Source: Myxococcota bacterium
GTDB taxonomy: Bacteria > Myxococcota_A > SURF-8
Reading direction: 5' to 3'
Length of the DNA stretch: 64,000 nucleotides
Assembly: GCA_963674735.2 (NCBI GenBank)
Contig: CAXXQS010000001.1
Location: 1,952,001 to 2,016,000 of the forward strand
Part shown: positions 9,401 to 18,597 of the stretch, one piece after another
Position numbering within the stretch: the stretch's first letter is position 1
How the letters are laid out: each line of letters starts with the position of its first letter
The notes under the pieces: generated by a model
The model's input: only the letters and a program-made list of their open reading frames with translations
Databases searched by the model: none
Told to the model about the DNA's origin: nothing
Position numbers and translations under genes: made by a program

Positions 9401-11576
9401 ATAAATTGAACAACTCAGTGTTGGACAATGTGAATTGAATGTCCTTTGTCAAATTGGGAGCAACCGGCCCTTCTTCGAGAGGGCCGTTTACTTCCGATTC
9501 TATATGATCTATTGAATTTTTCCATTGAGCAAGACCACGTCTCAAGTTGCCTTGCACCATATCCTTCTGGGACATGAGAGCAACTGGCATCGTTATTCCG
9601 AACGATGAAACCGGAAAATTTAACTCAGTACTTGCATCCATTTGAGGGTTTTCGCCGACATTGTAACACCTCCATTTAGTGGATGACAAACCTCCAGAAT
9701 TACCACAATCGGACGTCGGTAATTCTTCACCATCTGATGGGCATTGATCATTAATGCATGTAGGAATACTATCACCCACGCATCCATTTAAACAATACCG
9801 CTCAATTTCCACACTTCCAGATACTACTGTTAAACATTTATTTTCAGATCCAAACAGATTAACCATGTTTTTCGACTTTATACAAAGCTCTATCTCGGAA
9901 AAGCCAGAATAGTCTTGCATTTGAAGAAGGCTTGAATACATCTTATAGTACAACGCATCAACAACTTCCTGTGCACCGGCGTACTGATTAAATATTTGTA
10001 CAGTGTTTCTTTTATAAGCCGGTGCGTTGTGTTTTTGATTTGTCGATCCTTTGGCATAGTAAAAGCTGTCTTTTGAGTATACAGCGGCAAATCCTCCTTC
10101 AACTTCTTCATGGAACGTCGGCAATTCAAGCGTCCAGGTAATCTTTTTGTTATTGCCACTTCCCGAAATATTCTCGGTAAATAGTTCTAATGCTTCCAAT
10201 TCAACAAGCGCTGCGTCGGTTCCATTGGGATAATAATCTTCAGCAGTCATATTGTCTTCGTGTAGGCTTCCAACTTCTACCCTATCATAAAACATTCCTT
10301 GCTGTGCATAGCCTAATCCTTCCCAATAGGCACGCGTGTTTATTCTGACAAGAGCATGTGCTGGCTTAATGTTTTGGTGACTTGATAGTGCGGGAGGAAT
10401 GCTATTTGTCTTTACTTCTTTTATACCAGTAACGTTGTTTGCCGCAACTAACAACACCGATGGAGTAGGAGTGTAAGCCCATACTCTCTTAAGCACTTCA
10501 AGTTCGCTTAGAGGCCTCGTACTTCCTGTGCTTGTTGGCGTACCATTTCCAACCCATTCAACGTCAATTTTTGTTTTAGGCTGTAGATTATCTACAATAC
10601 CGGTTATTTTATTTGACAACAATATGGTGTTTAACCCTAGTTTAATGTAGTTTACAGGGATTTTGATATTGGGAGCGGCAATAACTACTGTATTGGGGTT
10701 TTGTTCAAACAATTCTTCGTTTTCTCGCCGGTTATTATACAACCTTGTAAGGATTTGAGTTTTGTTGTCTATGCCATATCCTGATGCCGCTAAAGCAACA
10801 ATTTCACCGGCATTTCCTGCTAATATATTATTCCTAGATAAGAATTCACATATTCCTAAAGCTAAGTCATCTTCAGAACATATATATCTAGGATCCAGAA
10901 CATAACCAATGTTTGTTGCAGGATCAATTGCGACCGTTAGTAACTCCGTTGCCGTCGAATTGCCATTCAATCTATACTTGACAGCTGCTTTTGTTAGTAT
11001 AAACCCGAACTTCGATCCAAAAATCAATGTGGACTTCGTATTCGCCTTTCCCATATAATCTGCGATTTTCTGAAGTTTCAGACTATCAATGTTGGGGTCG
11101 AATATTGCACCGGTAGCTGTAAACCTATTTGTTATTTCCTGGGTGTTAACTTCACTAAAATCAACCTGCTTGGGCCACATGTCGCAGTTGCTACCATCGA
11201 TAAATCCCACCTTGTGGTAACCTAGCATCTCAGTTGAAGGCCTACTGTTCTTTATAAACTCGATTTCTGAATAGGATTCATCGTAAACGCTCACGTTTAT
11301 CGGATGGTAAGACGTTTGAACCCCTTCAAAAGACCAGCCAGTTAAATCCGTTTCATTTGTAACGACTCGAATTTCATCAATTTCATTTATAGACTCGACC
11401 TTAACATCATTCATGCTGACCATCGTCGATTGTGTCTCAGAGTCAATATTGATTCTTATAAATGGCTCTTCTGCAGAGACTTCATAATCGCTTATTGTTA
11501 CATCGGAGATCTCAGCAATGGGCAAGCTACGACCGCTAAAATCTATTGTAATGGCTTGCCCGTCCACGTGTGGCAT
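6468..11576 (-). CDS. Giant protein A, C-terminal part: helical/coiled-coil region and TcA-like C-terminal domain
   Basis: 1702-aa ORF with no signal peptide and no clear RBS. Long Gln/Leu/Met-rich helices flank a hydrophobic Gly-rich segment; terminal RGLPVLGSWYL...VDKISRIDVVF. The ORF is secure, the function is inferred. Confidence 0.6.
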   Translation of the reverse strand: MPHVDGQAITIDFSGRSLPIAEISDVTISDYEVSAEEPFIRINIDSETQSTMVSMNDVKVESINEIDEIRVVTNETDLTGWSFEGVQTSYHPINVSVYDESYSEIEFIKNSRPSTEMLGYHKVGFIDGSNCDMWPKQVDFSEVNTQEITNRFTATGAIFDPNIDSLKLQKIADYMGKANTKSTLIFGSKFGFILTKAAVKYRLNGNSTATELLTVAIDPATNIGYVLDPRYICSEDDLALGICEFLSRNNILAGNAGEIVALAASGYGIDNKTQILTRLYNNRRENEELFEQNPNTVVIAAPNIKIPVNYIKLGLNTILLSNKITGIVDNLQPKTKIDVEWVGNGTPTSTGSTRPLSELEVLKRVWAYTPTPSVLLVAANNVTGIKEVKTNSIPPALSSHQNIKPAHALVRINTRAYWEGLGYAQQGMFYDRVEVGSLHEDNMTAEDYYPNGTDAALVELEALELFTENISGSGNNKKITWTLELPTFHEEVEGGFAAVYSKDSFYYAKGSTNQKHNAPAYKRNTVQIFNQYAGAQEVVDALYYKMYSSLLQMQDYSGFSEIELCIKSKNMVNLFGSENKCLTVVSGSVEIERYCLNGCVGDSIPTCINDQCPSDGEELPTSDCGNSGGLSSTKWRCYNVGENPQMDASTELNFPVSSFGITMPVALMSQKDMVQGNLRRGLAQWKNSIDHIESEVNGPLEEGPVAPNLTKDIQFTLSNTELFNLYLQAADRADDAAAIPMRDKNNFLKLAYELFDALPMYYPNSPRLTLLFAKAIDNYFKTNRYVIVGQHPYSVKECALRSDTFEKLEEYRNPKQEDLLGIKVNSIDMPYGSLARSWYQLSNFDLANEGEDYENPSYMDPYLNSYAYVSRPTGFDSYIQRWYKLQDSINILLTTLRDRRQDAIFTQGLQERMDMMGEILTRYADQQINTSSKQIYDFKMLVDSLIALEAELNESLDGFARRAQLMLGCDMTEEGLVCNRETGLVQMLNEMTDRCYGEEYINTEMLNTARDVNGYMTQAFSKGKTLCDKIRQLCFDENTMRLYEMRDNYLMSMAMPEYFGVYENLGEVSDVLGEMADFFGPIGEALGTLSTVLEWIFGTDPCPGNDRAFLEMHLAEFQIQLLTISQIVESMRISSQMIQMQLQQALLTMNYHGQNIENQETFLEDIASWRKYVNLNWRDDQYDRVGLGSTCEGLRLSVEAAKREIYSASQIMYTTLGQSEVPPYVTLPASWSPQENAFKRYPRYGFHTSLWDNLSNYRFQLPAIMQEQEYDAIDSSYREKVLEARKDYNEDHWIVENIEEKIESMTSGYASLLAESVDNLKLSLGDGGQTFMPFTYVVKTLERIPCYYEAEDTGEMVEDCDENGENCQATLLIEQPRYCDRSSFEVCPDEDCHYAGPADAFLSKGVTKFTVSPQDLGINTYESIVDENGIHIAPPVVYEVRYKVYYADYWCEYDAQTGMQVNCCITADLDNDPSTGVNPLECPDGGVHDNFYYYENGFPHKDDQGNLFIVNAAAWGLEPLRIDGELTCNSPVTVSFKGLSGEIAKRAVTCPKPLLSWYERQHLFHEDAATTGNGTIVNDYRSGSIMQDMEYLYSSHIRGLPVLGSWYLVYDGDRAEELTRVVRSHNRDYGYSIPSNLCYNEQRDTDAPDILMSQIGQDYPTPYSYQNEFDNTWKDVDKISRIDVVFVVARLKSPVAYWKEVE

Positions 11577-14500
11577 TTCTGCATGGTAAAGTTTAAGGTC
11601 CGCTGCGATGTTAATGGCCCCATAATGTCAAAACGTGTTAATTCACTATTCTTATTTCCTAGCACATACAGATTTACGCCTTCGAAATTGATTGAAGGAG
11701 CATAAAAAGCGGGCCCACGGAAGATAACAGTTCCGTTCCCTTTCGTTACCTCGCTGCTATTTATTATCTCGACGCTAGTGTTATCGCTAACTTCAATAAT
11801 TCCGTTTACAGCACTTATTTTGCCAACAATAAAAGATGAAATCATATCGTCCACTATAACTCGTCGGTAAGAATCTTTTTTATTCACTTGCAACTCACCT
11901 AGACGGATTTCGCTACCGTCAATTCCGGCAACTACACTCTTCCTGTCTCCTGTGAAATTGATTGCCGCATTACTGATATCCGCAGATGCCGTTTTTAATA
12001 TTATATTTGAGTTTACGCTAACAGAAATTCCCGGATTTGTTATGAATTCTCCTTCATGTATAGTTAATTGCTCCAACTCCAATTCTGGCGTAGTTACAAT
12101 TACAGTTCCTCCTCCATAAAGCACAAGATAATTTGCATATATTGGACTACTGATATATCGAATCTCCCCCTCAGGAACTAATAAGCCAATCTCCTCTACA
12201 TCATTATGTGTGAGATCATCATCCATTAGAACTGGTATCTCGTTTTTACCGATATACAGGTAATCATGATTATCTGGAGTGTAATTGTATTCATGCCGTC
12301 CTTCTAGTTTACTTTCACCCGTCAGCAACAACTCTCGTGGAAGCCGATAGTTTTCCGCTTCTTCAAAACAATTCATACTCCCGACTACAAATTCCGTTGA
12401 TCCAAATGATTTTAAGGTATTTCCATGGGCAGTATTAATATAATTAATATAGCTATAGTCGGCATTAAATTCCGTTAATGAGAAAAATATCTTCTCCCCA
12501 CATGAAATTGCTCCGCTAGGCTGAATATTATTTACAACAATTTCCTGCCCAATTTCTTCTCCATCAAGGACTTTATGTTGGCTTATAATTGTTTTAACAT
12601 CATTCAAGTAATCACTTGGAATATATTTAACTATACGCACTGCACCTTCACCGGTGAAGGACGCAGAAATATAGTTGCCCGGATGCTTGTGTATCCATGC
12701 AGGAGAATCAGATATGTAAAATGTTCCTCTTTCATTAAACCCCATCGCATGTAGACTGATTCCCGATGAATTTCTAGCTACAAAGTACATATTTCCTTCG
12801 TATTTAGCGGTATCAAAGTCAAGAAATCCTCCAGCCACAACAACATCATGATCGCTTATAGTTCTGACGCGGATTTCATCAATATCAAGTACAGTAATTT
12901 TTCCTGCGAGATCATTTAGAGAATTCTTGGGTCCACCGATGAGAACCTCTTCAAACCCATCACCATTTACATCTAAAGAATCAATATTACAATACGATCT
13001 GTCAGGGATCATGAACTGTGAATACCATAATCCTTCTCGATGCAATTCACGCAATCCAGGATAAGTATACACGGCGACTGAAACAACTTGATCCTTTACT
13101 TCGCATGTTGCCATTGCCATTCGACCAGTTTTCATTTTGAAGAATGTCTTTGCGTAAGAATTATAACTTGTCATCGACGGCACTTTAGTTGAATATTCGA
13201 AATAATCGCTACTAAAAGCAACCGGAGAACTCGCTAAATCGGACGGTTCAATAAGCACATGACGCATTGCATTGATATAGCAACTGCTGCCACCGATGAA
13301 AGTTCCGTTAAACTGCCCCTTGTCTACATCGCATTCCCAGCAACCATCTTCCGTTCTTTGGTTGTCCTCAATACATTCACCTTTGATATAACACATATTA
13401 TTGCTTATACTCATAACACATTGACCCATGCTACATGCATACTGGCCGCAGCTAGGAGCGTCATTTCCACTTGAGCAGGATTGGCCTTCTGATTCACTAT
13501 TCCAGTACCAAGAATACTTGAATACGTTGGGATTACACAGAGAACAGCCATTCGGAGATTGCTGCCCTTCGGGAATACATTGATTATCGATTAAACAATA
13601 TCCATCAGATACATCAGCAACACATTGGGACTCATGGCAAGTTCCCAATACGCAAGGCAAATCAGAATCAACATCGCAAGATTCACCATCATCAATCCTG
13701 TGTACGCACCCTAATTCGACGTCGCAGGCATCAGTTGTACAAGGATTGTCGTCATTACAATCTAAAAACGACTTGGGGGTACAAACACCATCAATACAAG
13801 TATCACCGATCGTACATTCATCTTGATCGTTGCATGGTAAGTAGGAAACAGATGACCATTTATTCGGCGTAGTGGAGTCGCATAGCTGACATGGTTCTTC
13901 TGGTTTTTTCATTCCCTCTTCGAAGCAATATCCATCAATATAGCAAACTCCCTCCTTAAGGCGCGTTGCACATGTACCAGAAAAAGAACTGCAGTAAGCC
14001 GAATGACAATTTGAGTCTAGATACTCGCAATCATTATCTGTGTCGCATTCTCCGGAGTATTGGCATCCATTTATGGTGCAGATTCCGTTTCCTAAACATG
14101 TATTCTGGCCTATGCATACTCCTTCCGAGCAGCGATCATTATCTGTGCATGAAAACGTATCATCACATGAAGTTCCATTTACTGCATGTGTAGAAACGCA
14201 TTCCTTTTGTGAGTCATCGCAAATTCCAACTGTGCAAGCACCATCATCTAGATATGAACAATCGAGCTGTGGATTTTCGCAAAATGGCAAAATTGTAATC
14301 ACGATCTCGGCGGAATTTTCATTTTTATACGCCGTTATTTTGTGAACGCCTACAGGCAGATTTGATTTTTTAAATTCCCATGGATATCCTTTTCCAATGG
14401 GATTAATGTCCAGCTTGAACTCGGAATTTCCAATTGTGTTAACGGTGCCATCAGGCGCAGTATGCTCACTTTTCCAATTCACCGTTCCAGTTCCGTTGTA

Positions 14501-14644
14501 CTCGACATCAAAGTGAATTTCATCCTTCTCGTAGTATTCACTCTGAGTTGGTTTTTCAATGGTTACCTTGCACGAGACGGCGATAAGGGCAACAAAGAAA
14601 AATACGATAACCCGCATGGTTGCTAACATACAAGTATTACGCAT
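11543..14644 (-). CDS. Giant protein A, N-terminal part: lipoprotein with Ig-like module, Dictyostelium-type Cys repeats and FG-GAP loop
   Basis: AAGGAG RBS before ATG 14644; hydrophobic core then IAVSC; CDDTFSCTDNDRC, CNDQDECTIGDTC, CNDDNPCTTDAC repeats; LDVNGDGFEEVLIG. Confidence 0.75.
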   Translation of the reverse strand: MRNTCMLATMRVIVFFFVALIAVSCKVTIEKPTQSEYYEKDEIHFDVEYNGTGTVNWKSEHTAPDGTVNTIGNSEFKLDINPIGKGYPWEFKKSNLPVGVHKITAYKNENSAEIVITILPFCENPQLDCSYLDDGACTVGICDDSQKECVSTHAVNGTSCDDTFSCTDNDRCSEGVCIGQNTCLGNGICTINGCQYSGECDTDNDCEYLDSNCHSAYCSSFSGTCATRLKEGVCYIDGYCFEEGMKKPEEPCQLCDSTTPNKWSSVSYLPCNDQDECTIGDTCIDGVCTPKSFLDCNDDNPCTTDACDVELGCVHRIDDGESCDVDSDLPCVLGTCHESQCVADVSDGYCLIDNQCIPEGQQSPNGCSLCNPNVFKYSWYWNSESEGQSCSSGNDAPSCGQYACSMGQCVMSISNNMCYIKGECIEDNQRTEDGCWECDVDKGQFNGTFIGGSSCYINAMRHVLIEPSDLASSPVAFSSDYFEYSTKVPSMTSYNSYAKTFFKMKTGRMAMATCEVKDQVVSVAVYTYPGLRELHREGLWYSQFMIPDRSYCNIDSLDVNGDGFEEVLIGGPKNSLNDLAGKITVLDIDEIRVRTISDHDVVVAGGFLDFDTAKYEGNMYFVARNSSGISLHAMGFNERGTFYISDSPAWIHKHPGNYISASFTGEGAVRIVKYIPSDYLNDVKTIISQHKVLDGEEIGQEIVVNNIQPSGAISCGEKIFFSLTEFNADYSYINYINTAHGNTLKSFGSTEFVVGSMNCFEEAENYRLPRELLLTGESKLEGRHEYNYTPDNHDYLYIGKNEIPVLMDDDLTHNDVEEIGLLVPEGEIRYISSPIYANYLVLYGGGTVIVTTPELELEQLTIHEGEFITNPGISVSVNSNIILKTASADISNAAINFTGDRKSVVAGIDGSEIRLGELQVNKKDSYRRVIVDDMISSFIVGKISAVNGIIEVSDNTSVEIINSSEVTKGNGTVIFRGPAFYAPSINFEGVNLYVLGNKNSELTRFDIMGPLTSQRTLNFTMQKCHTWTGKPLQ

Positions 14645-14806
14645 TTCACGCTCCTTAATAGAATTCACATGAGCTTACTATGAGTACAATAAACAACTAA
14701 AACATACAAATTACAAAGTCAATAAAACAATCATGTGCAAGAATTATTACTGTGTAACTATCGCTAATATGTAGTCGTATCAAATAGTTTGTTACATAAT
14801 TTAAAG

Positions 14807-16090
14807 TGTAAAAGTCAAGAGCCTCCCGGACAGTTAGTCCTCTCGGTTGTTGGCTGACTAGGCCGTTTCGGGAGTCGGTTCCTCCATTTCTTTTTTCTTG
14901 TTTTTCGTCTCTTTGATTTCGATGATTTCAGCTCGCTTCTTCTTTCCCATTTCAAACGTTTCGACCGGTCTTCGTCCCTGGTTTCTGTACCCGCGATGGG
15001 GGCGTTGATTGTTGTAAGACTCGAGCCAGGCGTCGAGATCGGTCTGGAGTTCCTCCAGGCTGAGATATAGCTTTTCCCTGAAAGCGGTTCTGAAGAATTC
15101 ATCGAGTACGGTTCGGTTGAAGCGTTCGACGAATCCGTTTGTCCTCGGTGTTGCGACCTTGGTGTAGCGATGCTTGATGCCGTGCAGCTCGAGCAAGATC
15201 TCGTAGAGATGGATCATGGGTCGTCCCTTGAATTCGGTTCCGTTGTCGGTGAGGATGTTTTCAATGATCAGTTCGTTTTCCTCATAGAACGGCAGGACGT
15301 GGTCGTAAAGGACATCGGCTGCGGTTTCCGGTCTTTTGGATGTATAGAGCTTTCCGAAGGCGATGGAAGAGTAGGTATCGACCACGGCCTGCAGATAGAT
15401 TCTTCCGACGCCTTTCATTCGTCCGACGTACAAAGTGTCCTGGCAGATCAGCTGGCCGGGATACTCGCTCTCCACATGGCGCTCCCTGAAACAGGGATTT
15501 GCTTTTTCAATGAGACGGATCTGTTCTTCTGTCAGTTCGACACCCGCTTCTTTGACGACTTTTTCCTCAAGCAGCAGCAGTCGCTTGTAGCGGGTTTCCA
15601 TGTTTTCCTTGATCCAGAGATTGCGTACGGATGATGCGGATACGGAGACGCCTTGAAGCTGCAACTGGTCGGCGATGCGCTGCTGTCCGAATGTCGGATG
15701 CTTTAGAGAGAGCGAGATAATCGTCTCCTTGGTCTCATCGGAAAGCTCGTTTGGGTGTGGCCCTGGAATGGGCGGTTTGTCCATCAGGCCTTCGAGGCCG
15801 AACTCCTGGAAATCGCGTTTGTACTCATAGAATTGACTTCGCGACACCTCTTGCAGACGACAGGCTTTGGATACGTTTCCGAGTTTTTCAGCAAGCTGTA
15901 GCAATGTGAGTCGTTTTCGTGCTAATTTTTCCTTGGCGATCATTGATATCTCCTTCTCGATAAATGGTGGTTTGGTCACTGTCCATTATACCGAGAGGAC
16001 GACCGCCGGCCAGTCCTGGGAGCTTTGCGGCTCCCTACGGACTGGCCTCATACTAAGCTTCGACTGTCCGGGAAGATCCTAACTTTTTCA
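14807..16090 (-). mobile_element. IS481-family insertion sequence
   Basis: IRs TGTAAAAGTCAAGAGCCTCCCGGACAGT (14807) and reverse complement TGAAAAAGTTAGGATCTTCCCGGACAGT (ends 16090); single transposase ORF. Confidence 0.88.
14858..15943 (-). CDS. IS481-family transposase
   Basis: LAEKLGNVSKAC HTH, GQLICQDTLYVG, VVDTYS, ILTDNGTEF, PRTNGFVERFNRTVLDEF, YNNQRPH. Confidence 0.93.
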   Translation of the reverse strand: MIAKEKLARKRLTLLQLAEKLGNVSKACRLQEVSRSQFYEYKRDFQEFGLEGLMDKPPIPGPHPNELSDETKETIISLSLKHPTFGQQRIADQLQLQGVSVSASSVRNLWIKENMETRYKRLLLLEEKVVKEAGVELTEEQIRLIEKANPCFRERHVESEYPGQLICQDTLYVGRMKGVGRIYLQAVVDTYSSIAFGKLYTSKRPETAADVLYDHVLPFYEENELIIENILTDNGTEFKGRPMIHLYEILLELHGIKHRYTKVATPRTNGFVERFNRTVLDEFFRTAFREKLYLSLEELQTDLDAWLESYNNQRPHRGYRNQGRRPVETFEMGKKKRAEIIEIKETKNKKKEMEEPTPETA

Positions 16091-16129
16091 CCTCGATATT
16101 CCAATAACCATCAATGATACCGATGATCT

Positions 16130-16300
16130 CGTCAAGAACACGGTTTGATGAGAAAAGCGGGAATCTTGAAGGCAAAGACAAAAGCCGGGGCAGGAGTGAT
16201 GTCTTGTTTGAGAAAATTGGCGCTGGGCATCATGCACGAAATCAATGGTGATCGAACCATTCCAAACCTCATGTATCATCTTGCTACAAAACTTCGTTAC
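16130..16300 (+). pseudogene. Possible C-terminal remnant of an ISAs1-like transposase
   Basis: KTKAGAGVMSCLRKLALGIMH resembles the ISAs1 C-terminal VMAxLRNLAIxIL helix; short and degenerate. Confidence 0.3.
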
Positions 16301-16328
16301 GCTTTTTCAAACTTAGAATTGAATCGCC

Positions 16329-17681
16329 GTGGTCCATGGCAGACAAGGATGGACTTGGTTGAGATTATCTGGTATTGCACTGAAGAATTATGTGATAGAC
16401 GAACAGGAGGAAACACCGCTGCTCAATAAAAAAACAGATACAGTGACCTATTCAATCGATAGCTGGCGACGGAAGGCGACCAACGTATACAGCCTTTTTA
16501 TGATGGTTGCGACTCTTCCTGTCCTTATTAGCGTCTATTTTCTTGATGTCACTACGCTGCAACAGAGCCTTTTGGGTCTATCCGCATGGTTGCTGACCTT
16601 TTGTGCGGCTGCTCTACGGCGCTTGGATGTACGATATCGTATTATGCTTATGGTTATTTCAGTCTGGATTTTAACGTCACTCATACTTACCCATGGAGGT
16701 ATGTTTCTCAATTTTCGTTTGCCCTTAATCAATTTACCTATGATGGTTTTGATGCTTGGTGGGGCGCGCTTTGGACTCGCAGTCGGAGCCATTAACCTGC
16801 TGATTATGTTGCTTGCGGTCTGGGGAACTCAAACAGGGTTGCTGCCACAGGTTGCCCCTGAATGGAATGACACCATTGCCAAGATGCAATATTTAACGGC
16901 GTTCACGCTCTTTGTTCCACACCTTCTATTGCTGGCATGGTTCAGTCATCACCTGACAAGCGCCATTCGCCGGGAGCATTTGGCAACGGCGCGTTTACAG
17001 AAAGAAGCACAGCAGCGGATGCGGCTTGAAGTTGAAGTCGTGGAAACTGGTGAGCGTGTAAGCCGACATATCGGGAGTGAACTTCATGATGGGGTGTGCC
17101 AGGATCTGACCGGGTTATTGCTTCGCACAAAGCGTGCTCAGAAGACTTTGACGGCCAATAATCGTCCGGAAGCAGATACCTTGAATGGAATCGTCGAAGG
17201 GCTGGGAGATGCCATTGGCGAAATTCACGGTCTTTCACAGACCTTGAGTCCAGGTTTTCTGACCTGTCGGGATTTGGCGGATGCGATTGAGGTTGTGGCT
17301 CAGCGCTTCGGAGAAGCTTCGGACGCCAGTATCGAATTTCGGGTTCAGGGAGATGGACCGGTCCAGAACGAACAGGCCACGCTTCACCTCTATCGGATAG
17401 CTCAAGAAGCGATTGCAAATGCTATCCGACATTCCGGAGCAAAGCGGATCGAGGTTTCTCTGATATATAAGCCGGACATGACCGTTCTGCTTGTGGATGA
17501 TGACGGGCAATGGATTGTGCCGAATGAAAAAGCACAAGACGGGCTTGGACAGAAAACAATCCGCTGGCGGGCATCCGTCATCGGAGGAACCCTCACTGTG
17601 GGATCCAAGGCGAGAGGCGGCAGTCGTGTTGAGTGCCGGGTGCCTATTGAACAGAAAGATGTCGAGGTAAAACATGATTAA
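16329..17681 (+). CDS. Membrane sensor histidine kinase (HisKA_3 / NarX type)
   Basis: About six hydrophobic segments, H-box ELHDGVCQDL, N-box RIAQEAIANAIRHS, DDDG and GLG. Start codon uncertain. Confidence 0.9.
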   Translation: MVHGRQGWTWLRLSGIALKNYVIDEQEETPLLNKKTDTVTYSIDSWRRKATNVYSLFMMVATLPVLISVYFLDVTTLQQSLLGLSAWLLTFCAAALRRLDVRYRIMLMVISVWILTSLILTHGGMFLNFRLPLINLPMMVLMLGGARFGLAVGAINLLIMLLAVWGTQTGLLPQVAPEWNDTIAKMQYLTAFTLFVPHLLLLAWFSHHLTSAIRREHLATARLQKEAQQRMRLEVEVVETGERVSRHIGSELHDGVCQDLTGLLLRTKRAQKTLTANNRPEADTLNGIVEGLGDAIGEIHGLSQTLSPGFLTCRDLADAIEVVAQRFGEASDASIEFRVQGDGPVQNEQATLHLYRIAQEAIANAIRHSGAKRIEVSLIYKPDMTVLLVDDDGQWIVPNEKAQDGLGQKTIRWRASVIGGTLTVGSKARGGSRVECRVPIEQKDVEVKHD

Positions 17682-18333
17682 AGATAAAGCAGCGACACGC
17701 GTAATACTCGTAGACGACCACCCGGTAATACGGCAAGGGTTATCCGGGCTTCTTCAGGATGAAGGATTCCAGATTGTCGGAATTGCGAGCAATATCTCTG
17801 AAACAGTTGAACTACTTGCTAAAACGCCTCCTACGGATGTGGCCGTCGTCGATCTTTCCCTTGAGAACGAATCGGGCTTTGATGTACTGGCTTTGATCCG
17901 AAAAGAAACCCCCAAGGTAACTACGGTTGTCTATTCGGTCCATGAAGACATTGTTAACGTTCGGCGAGCATTGAAACTGGGCGCAATGGGTTACGTCACA
18001 AAGCGTGAAGACCCGGAAGTATTGGTTGATTGCATCAATAAAGCACATGCCGGGGAACGGTATCTGAGCCCCAGAGCTGCTCACTTTTTAGCTGATGCCT
18101 TGGCTGGCAATGGGGAGAAAGCGCCTGATGAGGTTTTAAGTCCGCAGGAAATGCAGGTTTATACCTTGATGGGAAAAGGCATCGCCACTCCGGACATAGC
18201 CGACAGCATGGGTATCTCTGCCCGAACGGTTGAAACATACTACAGCCGTATTCTGTTTAAGTTAGGACTACCCGGTCGCCGCGACCTGCTCCAACATGCT
18301 ATCGAATATGCCCGTCTATCGTCTGAATCTTGA
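17674..18333 (+). CDS. NarL/LuxR-family response regulator
   Basis: LVDDHPVIRQGL, VVDLSL, GAMGYVTK, LSPQEMQV...IADSMGISARTVETY; overlaps the kinase stop. Confidence 0.93.
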   Translation: MIKDKAATRVILVDDHPVIRQGLSGLLQDEGFQIVGIASNISETVELLAKTPPTDVAVVDLSLENESGFDVLALIRKETPKVTTVVYSVHEDIVNVRRALKLGAMGYVTKREDPEVLVDCINKAHAGERYLSPRAAHFLADALAGNGEKAPDEVLSPQEMQVYTLMGKGIATPDIADSMGISARTVETYYSRILFKLGLPGRRDLLQHAIEYARLSSES

Positions 18334-18597
18334 ATATTCCCTGATGACCAATTCGCTTGCATCTATGTAGATGGATTCACTTACATGCTTGTCCGCAGAT
18401 CCCAGTCTATCTAAGTGTTTCAAATTTTGATAGCGTTATCGCTAATTAAGGCCTTGACTGCCCATGGATAGCATGGAGCTGCAAGGCTGTAAATCGAGCG
18501 AAATCAAGAGACGATAAGGTTCGCAGATATGGCGGCATCCGTGCGGACTTTTTCTCCTAATTAAAAAGGGTTATTGAGAATGAAAGGCCTAGGAGTT

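Noticed and set aside
14769-18385. ATGTAG...TTACAT upstream of both giants as a shared regulator site
   Set aside because: Spacing differs (17 versus 10 bp) and the motif is short; not distinguishable from chance.
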